Virus record (IMG/VR): IMGVR_UViG_3300032304_001646
Coordinates: 1 to 58,903 of that record
Source: a virus
Taxonomy: Duplodnaviria; Caudoviricetes
DNA length: 58,903 bases
Direction: 5' to 3' (one strand)
Below, one piece after another: positions 8,392-18,691 of the stretch (its first letter is position 1; each line of letters begins with the position of its first letter). A program made the translations under genes and the position numbers. The notes below the pieces were generated by a model. The model saw nothing but the letters and a program-made list of their open reading frames with translations. It was not told where the DNA came from and ran no database searches.

Positions 8392-8784
8392 ATGTCAACA
8401 GAATTCGAATTATTTAAAGGAAAGAATCTAAGTTCTCTATTTGAGGATATATATAACAACCAATTATCCAAAAAAGCAAAAATATCTACTTTAATAGAAG
8501 AACTTAAAAAGATGATTAGACATGCCGGTGATGTGGCAAGTATAGGTCCTATACTATCTTCACTAATTGATAGTTCTGTAAAGAACGATGACCAATTGGT
8601 TAAGTTAGCAACAATTGCAACAAAAATTATAGCAGCGGAAAAGAAAACTGAAGGACAAGATGGATTCTTATCTGAATTTGAAAAAAATCAATTACTTCAG
8701 GAATTGGAAGAAACTAAACAGGAAGTAGAAAGAGTAGATGATTTAGAATTTGAATTAGAAGATTTAAAAAAGAAAATAAAGTAA
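8392..8784 (+). CDS. Hypothetical alpha-helical/coiled-coil protein
   Basis: Clean ORF with an upstream promoter motif. Confidence 0.6.
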   Translation: MSTEFELFKGKNLSSLFEDIYNNQLSKKAKISTLIEELKKMIRHAGDVASIGPILSSLIDSSVKNDDQLVKLATIATKIIAAEKKTEGQDGFLSEFEKNQLLQELEETKQEVERVDDLEFELEDLKKKIK

Positions 8785-8785
8785 T

Positions 8786-10021
8786 ATGGGGTTATCAAAT
8801 GCTAGAGTACAGGCTTCTAATAATTTATCATCAAGACCAGAAACATCTTCTAAAAAAGTAGGATGGGTACTTGAGGTATTACTTGATGAAAATGCAGATT
8901 ATGCCAAAGCTAAAAAAATAGGTGCACAACCAATTGGTTCTATACACTTTAAAACTTCGGATGATGGTATTCTGGATACAGACCCAGCATCACGAACCAT
9001 TGCACATCCATTTGATAAAAATTTCAAAAATATTCCAATTGTTGGTGAACTTGTTGAAATATATGAAGGACAAGCTGGCTCTTTTTATTATAGAAGAATT
9101 GGATTAGATGAAAACCCAACAAAAAGTGCTTTTAAAAATGCACTCCAAAAAGTAATTGTACCAAAACAAGATGAAGAACAAACTGTAGGTTCTTATAAAG
9201 AAGTATCTGCAACTGGAATAACTAAAACAAATGCAGAGGGTGCAAACGCGGAAGGTAGTTATGGGAAATATTATGATACACAAGAAAATATTCATAGATT
9301 AAAATTATACGAAGGTGATTCTTTGATTGAAACAAGATTTGGACAATCGATAAGATTTTCAGGATTTAATAATGTTGGAAACGTATTCTCACCAACAATA
9401 ATTTTAAGAAACGTAGAAAATGCAGAAAGTGGAAAAAAGGCAGCAGAATTAAGTACTGAGGAAGATATTAATAGAGATGGTAGTATAATAGCATTAACTT
9501 CTGGACAATATCAATTACCATTTGTTCCAGGAGTAATTGATGATAAGGGTAAAACAAACTTTGGAACTAAGCCTGATTCATTTGGTGAATACCCATCTAA
9601 ATTAATAGGAGACCAAATATTAATAAATTCGGGAAGAATAATACTTTCAGCAAAAAATGCAGAAATGTTATTTTATTCAAAAAAGAATTATGGATTTATT
9701 TCCGATGGTGCAATGTCAATTGATAATAAGTTAGGTATTGATATAAGTGTGGGAGATGATATTCATATTGTTACAAACGATAAAGATATTAATATGGTTA
9801 CTGGTAAAGGTTCTATATTTTTAGGAAGTGAGGCATTAGAACCTATGGTAAAAGGACAACAATTGGTTGATATATTAGCAGAATTGATTGATGCTATTAC
9901 TCAACAAACTTATTTAACACCATCCGGTCCATCGGCAGTAGGACCTACTAACATTTCTCAATTTGGTTCTATAAAATCAAAATTAAATAATATATTGAGT
10001 AGATTAAATCAAACTTCTTAA
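8786..10021 (+). CDS. Putative baseplate hub/central spike (gp5/VgrG-like)
   Basis: PIVGELVEI OB-fold-like segment, YEGDSLIETRFGQSIRF, beta-helix-like C-terminal part, EPMVKGQQL...TPSGPS tail; position upstream of gp25 and gp6. Confidence 0.6.
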   Translation: MGLSNARVQASNNLSSRPETSSKKVGWVLEVLLDENADYAKAKKIGAQPIGSIHFKTSDDGILDTDPASRTIAHPFDKNFKNIPIVGELVEIYEGQAGSFYYRRIGLDENPTKSAFKNALQKVIVPKQDEEQTVGSYKEVSATGITKTNAEGANAEGSYGKYYDTQENIHRLKLYEGDSLIETRFGQSIRFSGFNNVGNVFSPTIILRNVENAESGKKAAELSTEEDINRDGSIIALTSGQYQLPFVPGVIDDKGKTNFGTKPDSFGEYPSKLIGDQILINSGRIILSAKNAEMLFYSKKNYGFISDGAMSIDNKLGIDISVGDDIHIVTNDKDINMVTGKGSIFLGSEALEPMVKGQQLVDILAELIDAITQQTYLTPSGPSAVGPTNISQFGSIKSKLNNILSRLNQTS

Positions 10022-10022
10022 T

Positions 10023-11237
10023 ATGTCTTGGCAAATTTTTAAAGAAAATATTTTAAGGAGAGCAAACGCTCCAGATTCGATTCAAGATATTGATACCGTT
10101 GCAAAATTGTACGCGGATGAATATGATATGTGTATGAAGCGAGGTGGAGACGTTATAAATAAAGTTGCAATTACTAAAGGTAATACTGAAATTATGCAGC
10201 AGTTATTTAAAGCTGCTTTATTAAAAGGACAAATATCAAACACTCCATATGATTTAGTTGGGGAAATGGGAAAGGGAGTTATAGCATATTGGCAAGGTGC
10301 TCAATTAAATACATTCCCAATACCATTAATACCAGCACCCGGTTCAACCGTTAACATTGGAGTTACTTCAAATTTAGTTACAAATGCAGGTGTATGGGCG
10401 CCGGCTGTATCCGTTCCTTCTCCACCAAATCCGTATGAACAATTGGATTGGAGCCAAGTTCCATTAGATAAGAATGACCCTTTAGTGCAAGAAATTATTG
10501 CACCCAATCTTGAACAAATTGAAGTACAACTTCAAACCGAGCCATTAGTTGAATATGGTAATCCTGACACTTATCCTGTTGTATTGGAAATGGATAACGT
10601 AGTAGCCGAAACACTTGATAACGCATTATACGAACAAAACATTTTATATAGTGAACCAAAAACACAAGAAGAAAAAGAAGAACAAACAAAATTAATAAGT
10701 ACTGGATATAAAACGCTTGATGAGTTATTAAAAATTGCTGGTGCATGGGCTCCTAAGTTGGGTAAAAGTGAAAGAGTTAAATATGAAAATTTAAGAAGTA
10801 ATTATATTAAAGGTGTTCATGGGTTATGTCCACAAGGAACTCAAGCAGTTGTTGTTGCATTGACGGGTATACCTGGATTAGGTAAAATATCGGGTAATGC
10901 TGATTGGTTTTCATTTAAAGACCCATCTACTGGTGGTGGTAGAAGTAGCTTTGCTATATCCATTGGTGGTAAGACTTATTATAATGATAAAGTGCGTGTT
11001 GATTTTGATTCATTTGTAGCCGATGAAACAAAATGGCAAATAGGAGATATTTTAGTAAATGGTTATGAGGAAAAAGCCTACGGTCATATTCAAGTTTGGA
11101 CAGGATTTAAATGGGTAAGTGATTTTTCACAAAACAAAATTCATACTAGTGGGTGTTTAAAATCTTCAGCCGCATTATGGAGATTAAACGATAATGGTAT
11201 AGCCGCCGTAGAATCCGTTAAAAGTAAAGTAGCATAA
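10023..11237 (+). CDS. Virion protein with C-terminal Cys/His (CHAP/NlpC-P60-like) peptidoglycan amidase domain
   Basis: GLCPQG (catalytic Cys), GNADWF, GDILV, YGHIQVW (His), WVSDFSQ. Confidence 0.65.
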   Translation: MSWQIFKENILRRANAPDSIQDIDTVAKLYADEYDMCMKRGGDVINKVAITKGNTEIMQQLFKAALLKGQISNTPYDLVGEMGKGVIAYWQGAQLNTFPIPLIPAPGSTVNIGVTSNLVTNAGVWAPAVSVPSPPNPYEQLDWSQVPLDKNDPLVQEIIAPNLEQIEVQLQTEPLVEYGNPDTYPVVLEMDNVVAETLDNALYEQNILYSEPKTQEEKEEQTKLISTGYKTLDELLKIAGAWAPKLGKSERVKYENLRSNYIKGVHGLCPQGTQAVVVALTGIPGLGKISGNADWFSFKDPSTGGGRSSFAISIGGKTYYNDKVRVDFDSFVADETKWQIGDILVNGYEEKAYGHIQVWTGFKWVSDFSQNKIHTSGCLKSSAALWRLNDNGIAAVESVKSKVA

Positions 11238-11238
11238 A

Positions 11239-12204
11239 ATGTCAGTAATACCACCAAATAATAATACAACTTTAATAATTGATGATTTTATTAATTATGC
11301 AACTGCCCATTTATCTACTGTTACTGGGATAGTTAATACAATATCATTATACCCACCATTGGGAACACCGGCACCAGGAGTATTACCTTGGTCAGGATAT
11401 CAAGTTCAGCCGGCAACTCCAGGTGGTGGAGCATTGGGAGTTCCTCCGCAGGAAATAGTATTTAATGAAGCTCAGCAATTGGCATCCGATACTGCAACGT
11501 TGGAAGGAAGTAATATAAATGAAGCAACTTCAGCGGGATTTGAGGTATCATTTGAAGCACCACCACCGCCAACTGTTGAAATAGAACAAGTAGAATACCA
11601 ACTCTTAGAAGAAGCAAGGAATGAACCAGACCCACCATTATCCGAAGAAGATAAACCAAAAAACAATATTCCACCTCAACCAAATTATAAAACTAATGTT
11701 AAAGTACCAAATGAATTAGTTGCGGCTATGAAAAAATATAAAATTTGTACTACTAATATAGAAAGAGCACACTTTTTAGCACAATGTGACCATGAATCAC
11801 TTGGATTCAAATATAAAGAAGAACTATGGGGACCGACCGCTAACCAATCAGGATATGAAGGTAGGGATGATTTAGGAAATGTACAAAAAGGTGATGGATA
11901 TAAATTTAGAGGTAGGGGATATATGCAACTAACAGGTAGAGCAAATTATAGAACATTTGGACCTATTGTTGGTGCTGATTTAGAAAAAAATCCAGATAGT
12001 GTTGCAACTGAATATTTTGCAGATACAGCATGTATGTTTTGGAAAAGTAACGCTTTAAAAAATCGCTGTAAGGATGATACTACAACAAGTATTAAATTAG
12101 TTACTAAAAAAATAAATGGTGGATACAACGGATTGGCTGATAGAATAAAAAAATTCACAAAATATTGGACAGAATTACAAAAAGACCCTACACTTTGGAG
12201 TTAA
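11239..12204 (+). CDS. Virion-associated glycoside hydrolase family 19 (lysozyme/chitinase-like)
   Basis: AHFLAQCDHES, DGYKFRGRGYMQLTGRANY, INGGYNGLADR motifs. Confidence 0.9.
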   Translation: MSVIPPNNNTTLIIDDFINYATAHLSTVTGIVNTISLYPPLGTPAPGVLPWSGYQVQPATPGGGALGVPPQEIVFNEAQQLASDTATLEGSNINEATSAGFEVSFEAPPPPTVEIEQVEYQLLEEARNEPDPPLSEEDKPKNNIPPQPNYKTNVKVPNELVAAMKKYKICTTNIERAHFLAQCDHESLGFKYKEELWGPTANQSGYEGRDDLGNVQKGDGYKFRGRGYMQLTGRANYRTFGPIVGADLEKNPDSVATEYFADTACMFWKSNALKNRCKDDTTTSIKLVTKKINGGYNGLADRIKKFTKYWTELQKDPTLWS

Positions 12205-12226
12205 TTATTAAAATAATCAATTTAAA

Positions 12227-12234
12227 TATTTATA
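12227..12234 (+). promoter_or_regulatory. TATTTATA putative late promoter element
   Basis: Motif 20 nt upstream of the ATG at 12255. Confidence 0.6.
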
Positions 12235-12254
12235 AACATAACAAATAATAAAGT

Positions 12255-12752
12255 ATGGATACGGACAAACTATTAAAAGCTATTCAGATTCTTATTAAAG
12301 AGGAGCTTAAAGAGCAATTGCCTGCATTAATTAAGGAAACTGTGAGAGCTGAAGTAAAAAAACTAATAGCAGAAGGAAAACAACCTGTTAAATCACAACC
12401 AATTGGATTATCAATGGCTAAAGCTATTTTAGAAGATGATGTTATTATAGAATCGGTTAAAGAAAAAGTAGAACAAAAAAAATTTAGTAAAAACCCAATG
12501 ATTAATCAAATCCTCAATGAAACAAGAGGTGGTATTCCACAAGGTGATGGTGGATTCAGAACAATGAATTTTGGACAGGGTGATATGGGTTCAATTGTAG
12601 GTAGAACTGCAATAGCTGAAAAAATGGGGTATGGTGATTTAGCAAAAGGACCTTCTCCTACTGGATTAGGTGTAAACACTGGAGTGCCTGAATTGGATAA
12701 AGCATTGAATAGAGATTATTCTGAATTGGTTAAAAGATTTAAAAAGAAATAA
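12255..12752 (+). CDS. Hypothetical protein (structural cluster)
   Basis: Clean ORF coupled (TAATG) to the gp25-like gene. Confidence 0.6.
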   Translation: MDTDKLLKAIQILIKEELKEQLPALIKETVRAEVKKLIAEGKQPVKSQPIGLSMAKAILEDDVIIESVKEKVEQKKFSKNPMINQILNETRGGIPQGDGGFRTMNFGQGDMGSIVGRTAIAEKMGYGDLAKGPSPTGLGVNTGVPELDKALNRDYSELVKRFKKK

Positions 12753-13180
12753 TGGCAGTAATACTTGGTAAAAAGTTAGTAATCGATTCAAAGCAGTTTG
12801 AAGACTATGCAATAGGTATAACATTACCTATTCAAATAGGAAATACTGCTTTTAATCAAAGTTTTATAACTGCTGACCAGGTTAAAAGTAATATTAAAAA
12901 TTTATTACTTACAAAAAGATTTGAAAGATTGATGCAGCCTGAATTTGGGAGTGGTATTCAAGAATTATTATTTAATATGAATGATGAAATGTTTGCTGAT
13001 AACTTAGAAAATAATATTGTTGATACACTTTCTAAATGGTTACCATATGTAAATGTAGAAACTATTAATATCCAGCAATCAAACGAATTTAAAGATAATA
13101 ATAAGGTTGAAGTATCAGTTTCATTTAGAGTATCAGATACACAGGTATTAGATACGGTAACTTTTAATGTACAAACATAA
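12752..13180 (+). CDS. Baseplate wedge protein, GPW/gp25 family
   Basis: QVKSNIKNLLLT..ERLMQPEFGSGI.ELLF, WLPYV motifs. Confidence 0.9.
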   Translation: MAVILGKKLVIDSKQFEDYAIGITLPIQIGNTAFNQSFITADQVKSNIKNLLLTKRFERLMQPEFGSGIQELLFNMNDEMFADNLENNIVDTLSKWLPYVNVETINIQQSNEFKDNNKVEVSVSFRVSDTQVLDTVTFNVQT

Positions 13181-15216
13181 TGGCTATAACAACAATAAAT
13201 AAGAATTTTAAAAATAAAGGAAAGGATATAAAATATCTTAATAAAGATTTTGCAGCATTTAGAGCAAATCTTATTGATTTTACAAAAAATTATTTTCCAA
13301 AGACCTATGGTGATTTTAACGAATCATCTCCTGGTATGCTTTTTATTGAAATGGCATCATATGTAGGTGATGTTTTGGCTTATTACACAGATGATACATT
13401 GAAAGAATCTTTAATGCCTTATGCAGAAGATATTCAAAGTATTATAGCTCTTGCACAATATTTGGGGTACAAACCAAAAGTAACATCTCCGGCAGTAACA
13501 ACATTATCGGTTTATCAATTAGTACCATCTATTGGGGTTGGTGCTAGTAATAGACCAGATGATACTTTTTATTTAAAAGTAAGAGAGGGGATGATTGTAG
13601 CAAATCAAGCGGGTACCGTTCAATTTATAACAACCGATATGGTGGATTTTTCAAATGAAATTGATAGAGAGACGACCATATATCAAAGAGATGTACTTAC
13701 AGGAGAACCTACATTTTATTTAATAAAAAAATATGTACAAGCAATATCAGCCGTAAGAAATCAAAAAGAAGTAACGTTTGGAAGTTATGAAAATTTTAGA
13801 ACAATTGATTTACCGGAAACAAATATAATTGAAATATACGATTGTAGAGATTCTAATAATAATAAATGGTATGAAGTGCCGTATTTAGGACAAGAAATGA
13901 TATTCATTGATTACCCAAATACCGAAGCTAACGATTCAGACCTATATCAGTTTAAATCAACTGTACCATATGTTTTAAAAACAATAAAAACACCAAAACG
14001 ATTTACAACTAGAGTAAACCAAGATAGTACAATTACAATTGAATTTGGTGCAGGAGACCCAACGGCATCTGATGAACAATTAATTCCAAATCTTAAAAAC
14101 GTAGGATTGGGATTACCAAATTCTATTAAAAGATTGGATGAATCATTTGACCCAACTAATTTTTTAAAAACAAAAACGTATGGTACTTCACCATCTAATA
14201 CAACAATGACTGTAAAATATTATACAGGTGGAGGTATTAGTTCAAATGTTGCAGCAGGAGAATTAACAAGAATTAATGGGGTTGAATTTGAAGAAAGTTT
14301 AAGTTCTTTTACAAGAGCCCAACTTTCACTTTATAATTCTGCAAAAAATTCATTAGCAGTTGATAACGATGTACCTGCAGTTGGTGGTAGAGGTGGTGAA
14401 ACTTTAGAAGAAATTAGACAAAATGCATTAGCAAATTTTGGAGCTCAAAATAGAGCAGTAACTGCAAAAGATTATCAAATTAGAGTATTATCAATGCCAT
14501 CGAAATATGGAGCTATAGCAAAAGCATATGCTGTTGCGGATGGAACATTGGATAACAACTCACCTTCATCTATATTAGCATCACCAAACAATTTACAAGA
14601 ATTTACTGATTTAGTATTAGATTTTGTAAATAAACCAGATGATTTAGAACCAACTGAGCAAGATATAAAACAACAAATTACTAATTTTTTAATTGGTAAA
14701 ACTTCAAATGAAAATGAAAAAAATAATCCATTTGCTATTAACTTATATCTATTAGGATATGATATAAATGGTAATTTGACAAATTTAAATAGAGCCGTAA
14801 AAGAAAATCTTAAAACATATATTAACGAATACCGAATGTTAACGGATGGTATAAATATAAATGATGGGTTTGTAATTAATATTGGTTTAGAATTTGAAAT
14901 TATAACATATCCAAATTATAATAAAAATGAAATATTAACAAAATGTATAAACGAAGTAAAAGATTTCTTCAGTATAGATAATTGGCAGTTTAATCAAACT
15001 ATTAATTTAAATGAAATTGAATTGTTATTAGCAAATGTAGAAGGAGTTTCATCTGTTCCATCTGTAAAAGTTACAAATAAGTGTGGTGGTAGATATTCAC
15101 CAAATTCGTATAATATCGAAGCGGCAACTAAAGATAAAATTGTATATCCATCATTAGACCCTTCAGTTTTTGAAATTAAGTTTCCTAGTGGGGACATAAA
15201 AGGCAGAGTAAGATAA
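13180..15216 (+). CDS. Baseplate wedge subunit (T4 gp6 / baseplate J-like)
   Basis: YLNKDF, DFNESSPGMLFIEMASYVGDVL, AQYLGYKP, GGRGGETLEEIR..A...QNRAVTAKDY motifs. Confidence 0.88.
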   Translation: MAITTINKNFKNKGKDIKYLNKDFAAFRANLIDFTKNYFPKTYGDFNESSPGMLFIEMASYVGDVLAYYTDDTLKESLMPYAEDIQSIIALAQYLGYKPKVTSPAVTTLSVYQLVPSIGVGASNRPDDTFYLKVREGMIVANQAGTVQFITTDMVDFSNEIDRETTIYQRDVLTGEPTFYLIKKYVQAISAVRNQKEVTFGSYENFRTIDLPETNIIEIYDCRDSNNNKWYEVPYLGQEMIFIDYPNTEANDSDLYQFKSTVPYVLKTIKTPKRFTTRVNQDSTITIEFGAGDPTASDEQLIPNLKNVGLGLPNSIKRLDESFDPTNFLKTKTYGTSPSNTTMTVKYYTGGGISSNVAAGELTRINGVEFEESLSSFTRAQLSLYNSAKNSLAVDNDVPAVGGRGGETLEEIRQNALANFGAQNRAVTAKDYQIRVLSMPSKYGAIAKAYAVADGTLDNNSPSSILASPNNLQEFTDLVLDFVNKPDDLEPTEQDIKQQITNFLIGKTSNENEKNNPFAINLYLLGYDINGNLTNLNRAVKENLKTYINEYRMLTDGININDGFVINIGLEFEIITYPNYNKNEILTKCINEVKDFFSIDNWQFNQTINLNEIELLLANVEGVSSVPSVKVTNKCGGRYSPNSYNIEAATKDKIVYPSLDPSVFEIKFPSGDIKGRVR

Positions 15217-16286
15217 TGGCATACTATTTATTAACAGCATCAAAAGATGCAACAGTCTATCTCCAACAACCAAACCAAAATACAGGTTTAGATGAGATAT
15301 TAGAAATAAGCAAATTATATTATGGTAATGTAAAAGATATATCTCATGCATTGCTAAAATTTGAAGTAGGATACCTATCGGCATCAATATCTAATAATAC
15401 AATACAATTAGATGAAGCAACCCTTATTTTAAAAGAAACAAAAACCGAAGAAATTCCTTTAGAATATACAATTTTTGCAAATGCAATTTCGGGAAGTTGG
15501 GAAATGGGTATTGGTACTAGGTTTGATAATATATCAACACAGGGAGTAACTTGGAATTATAGAGAAGGAGATTCTAAATTAGATTGGTTAGAAAATAATT
15601 TTAATTCATTCACATCAGCTAGCCAAAATAATGGTGGTGGTGGTACTTGGTGGACTCAATATGAAGCATCGCAATCATTTAGCTATCAAACTGCTGATAT
15701 TGATATGAATGTAAAATCTTTATTAAAAAGTTGGATGAGTGGTTCTATAAAAAATGATGGTATTATATTAAGACATGCATTTAATAAAGAAGTTGATACG
15801 CAAGATTATGGCGCAATAAAATTATTTAGTAAAGAAACAAATACTATATATCAACCAAAAATTAGAATAGGTTGGGATGACCAATTATTTATAACTGGTT
15901 CATTAAACGCATTAACTTCGGAAGATATAAAAGTTGGAGTTACTAATTTAAAAGCAGAAGTTAAAGTTGGAACTACGCCAAAAATAAGAATATTTACTAG
16001 AGAATTATATCCTATTAAAACTTTTGTTAAACAATTTGCATATAGTACATTACATTATTTACCAGCAACATCATATTATCAAATTAAAGATTATACATCG
16101 GATGATATTATTATTCCTTTTTCCGATTATTCAAAAATTAGCTGTGATGTAAATGGTAATTATATAAATTTAAATCTTTCTAATTGGGAAGCGGATAGAA
16201 CATATAAAATAGAATTTAAAGTAACTATTGATGGTAATACTCAATATTTTGATGATGATATAACATTTAGAATTGTAAAAAATTAA
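15216..16286 (+). CDS. Virion structural protein (DNRLRE-like beta-sandwich)
   Basis: ASKDATVY..PNQNTGLDEILEI, SGSWEMG.G, NDGIIL, FSKET.TIYQPKI; baseplate context. Confidence 0.55.
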   Translation: MAYYLLTASKDATVYLQQPNQNTGLDEILEISKLYYGNVKDISHALLKFEVGYLSASISNNTIQLDEATLILKETKTEEIPLEYTIFANAISGSWEMGIGTRFDNISTQGVTWNYREGDSKLDWLENNFNSFTSASQNNGGGGTWWTQYEASQSFSYQTADIDMNVKSLLKSWMSGSIKNDGIILRHAFNKEVDTQDYGAIKLFSKETNTIYQPKIRIGWDDQLFITGSLNALTSEDIKVGVTNLKAEVKVGTTPKIRIFTRELYPIKTFVKQFAYSTLHYLPATSYYQIKDYTSDDIIIPFSDYSKISCDVNGNYINLNLSNWEADRTYKIEFKVTIDGNTQYFDDDITFRIVKN

Positions 16287-16287
16287 A

Positions 16288-17307
16288 ATGGCAAAAACGG
16301 GATTACAAAACGAAGCATTAATAAGTGAACTTTTAATAAGTGGTTCTAGTTCACCTATCATTTCTAAAAATGAGTTTGGTGTTTACTCATTTTTCCAAGA
16401 AAATAGGACTGATGGTGTTATATCCGGACAATTAACAAGACCAAAATATAATGAAACTGAGTTAGTAAAATCTGTTGATACTGTAATATTTGAATTACTT
16501 CCACCAGAAGCACCTCCATTTGATGATAGAATTCCAAGACCAATATATAATGAAGTAACTCAATCTGTAATTGATTTGACAGAACAGGTTGTAGACCTTA
16601 CTACTTTAGTTTTTGAATTGAGAGCTAAAGTACAAGATGTAGAAATAGTATCTGAAAGTTTGAGAGTTGATGTAGATTTACAAAATTTAAATGTAGCTGC
16701 ATCACAAAATCAGACTCAACAAATAACAACAAAAATTACAAGCACAATAACCGAATTACAAAACTCTATACAAAAAGGAGTAGCAGAATCAATTCAAAGA
16801 GTTTCTTTATTTGCAAGAAATCAAGCATTAGAACAAGAGTTAACTGTATTACGAGATACTCTGTTTGGTAAGCAGGCAAAACAAGCAGAAGGTTCAAAAG
16901 TTACCGATGATATAGCTGCTAAAATGTTAAATAAAAGTGAGGAAAAATATCAAGATATTGTATTTAGAGGTAGAGCAAAAGATGATGGTAATGGTACATT
17001 CATAAACGGTCCAGATATAGAACTTAAAAACTTTACTAAAGATAAAGTTACCATTAGTTTTAAATTTGATGGGGGTAATGCGAATGCATTCAACAAAATT
17101 GCAGATATTACATTAAATGAAGGTGAACAAAAGGTAATTAAAGTAACAACAATTAAAAAAGCAGTTGATGGGTTTAGACCTAGTGGTGGATTTGGATTTA
17201 CTGGAGATAGAGAATACACTGGTAATTTAATAATTAAATCACCAAAAGGAAGTATAACATTTACAACTTCTATCCAAAAAATGAGAGGTACTAATTTTAC
17301 TCCATAA
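16288..17307 (+). CDS. Hypothetical virion protein with central coiled coil
   Basis: Heptad-rich central region; structural cluster. Confidence 0.55.
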   Translation: MAKTGLQNEALISELLISGSSSPIISKNEFGVYSFFQENRTDGVISGQLTRPKYNETELVKSVDTVIFELLPPEAPPFDDRIPRPIYNEVTQSVIDLTEQVVDLTTLVFELRAKVQDVEIVSESLRVDVDLQNLNVAASQNQTQQITTKITSTITELQNSIQKGVAESIQRVSLFARNQALEQELTVLRDTLFGKQAKQAEGSKVTDDIAAKMLNKSEEKYQDIVFRGRAKDDGNGTFINGPDIELKNFTKDKVTISFKFDGGNANAFNKIADITLNEGEQKVIKVTTIKKAVDGFRPSGGFGFTGDREYTGNLIIKSPKGSITFTTSIQKMRGTNFTP

Positions 17308-17332
17308 TAGATGAAATAAAAATATATAAAAA

Positions 17333-18664
17333 ATGGCGATAAAAACGTTTAAAGATATTATAAACAATAAGGGGTACAGAGTTAGTTCAGATGATAGAAA
17401 AATATTTGAAGAAGGAAACTTACAATCATTTTTTGGACTTGGTGATTCTGATGCAATTGAATTTATTGTATATGATTCAAATGATAATCAGTTGCCACAA
17501 AAAGCTGTAAATGGAAAAACCGTTAGATATGTACCATTGACGAGTAGTAACATAAGTGATTATATTTTAATAGCAGAAGGTACTGTTCTTCAAAAATTTC
17601 AATTTCCAAATGAATATTTTATAGATGCGGAAAGATTACTAAGGGAAGCAGGATATGATAATGGTATTTTTAAAACACAGGTTACACTAATTAATAAAAG
17701 AGTTGGTTCTGATTCGGAAGAAGATAAATTATGGATTTCTGAAATATCACCATCTAGAACTGAAGTAAGATTATTTCCTATCAAAAATGCAAAAGTAAAA
17801 TATCCAGAATTAGAAGAAAGATTCGCATTATTTGTATCTAATAAAGACTTTAGAGATGATACAATAATTGAAGCTTTCAAAGTGATTGAGCAAATAGATT
17901 CAAATATAATTGGTACATATTTAAAAACAAAATATAGTGAAAATTGGGTTAGTAAAATGAGTGGCGAATTTAAAATAAAAAACTTTGATGAATTTACAAA
18001 TAGAATTAATACAAAATTCAGAGAAGCGGCATCTTATGAACTTACTAATAGAATATCCGATATTAATGATGTAAATTACGGTAAACGTAAACAAACAAAA
18101 ACTCCATTAACTTTATCATCTAATGCTATTGTAGAAATGTGTCAGAGATTAATTACAAGTGTAATTAATTTTTATTTACCAAAACAAGATTTAATATCTA
18201 CTGCAACATTTGACGTGGGAATAGATGAAAGTTTTGACGAAGTTGGTCAAATAACACAAACTAGAGAAAGTGATTTATTAATAGATACTTCAAATCCTGT
18301 TATAAACACAAAGAAAACAAAAACATTTGTAGAAAGTAATAAAGAATTAGAATTAAAAAAGATAATAGCAAAAGAAGAACCCTTTCCAACAGCAGGAACA
18401 ATTCTTTCATCATTTTGTCAAGGGTTTGATTTATATGGTAAATATGCGGATGGCAAAGGTGGGGAATATACGGCCTTACTTTTAGCTAATTCGGCACAAT
18501 GTGGATATAATGCACCTGATCCAGGACCTGGTGGAGGCGGCTCCGGTGGTGGAGGTGGATTAGGCGGTGATGACCCAATTGGTAATCCTGAAGATGGGGG
18601 GTTCGGTAGACCTAACTTAGGAGCTGCTGGTCAAGGTAAAAATCGAAATAACGCACAAAGATAA
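17333..18664 (+). CDS. Hypothetical virion/baseplate protein with Gly-rich C-terminus
   Basis: LWISEISPSRTEVRL motif; structural cluster. Confidence 0.55.
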   Translation: MAIKTFKDIINNKGYRVSSDDRKIFEEGNLQSFFGLGDSDAIEFIVYDSNDNQLPQKAVNGKTVRYVPLTSSNISDYILIAEGTVLQKFQFPNEYFIDAERLLREAGYDNGIFKTQVTLINKRVGSDSEEDKLWISEISPSRTEVRLFPIKNAKVKYPELEERFALFVSNKDFRDDTIIEAFKVIEQIDSNIIGTYLKTKYSENWVSKMSGEFKIKNFDEFTNRINTKFREAASYELTNRISDINDVNYGKRKQTKTPLTLSSNAIVEMCQRLITSVINFYLPKQDLISTATFDVGIDESFDEVGQITQTRESDLLIDTSNPVINTKKTKTFVESNKELELKKIIAKEEPFPTAGTILSSFCQGFDLYGKYADGKGGEYTALLLANSAQCGYNAPDPGPGGGGSGGGGGLGGDDPIGNPEDGGFGRPNLGAAGQGKNRNNAQR

Positions 18665-18691
18665 AATATAAAAAATACAATTGTATAATAG

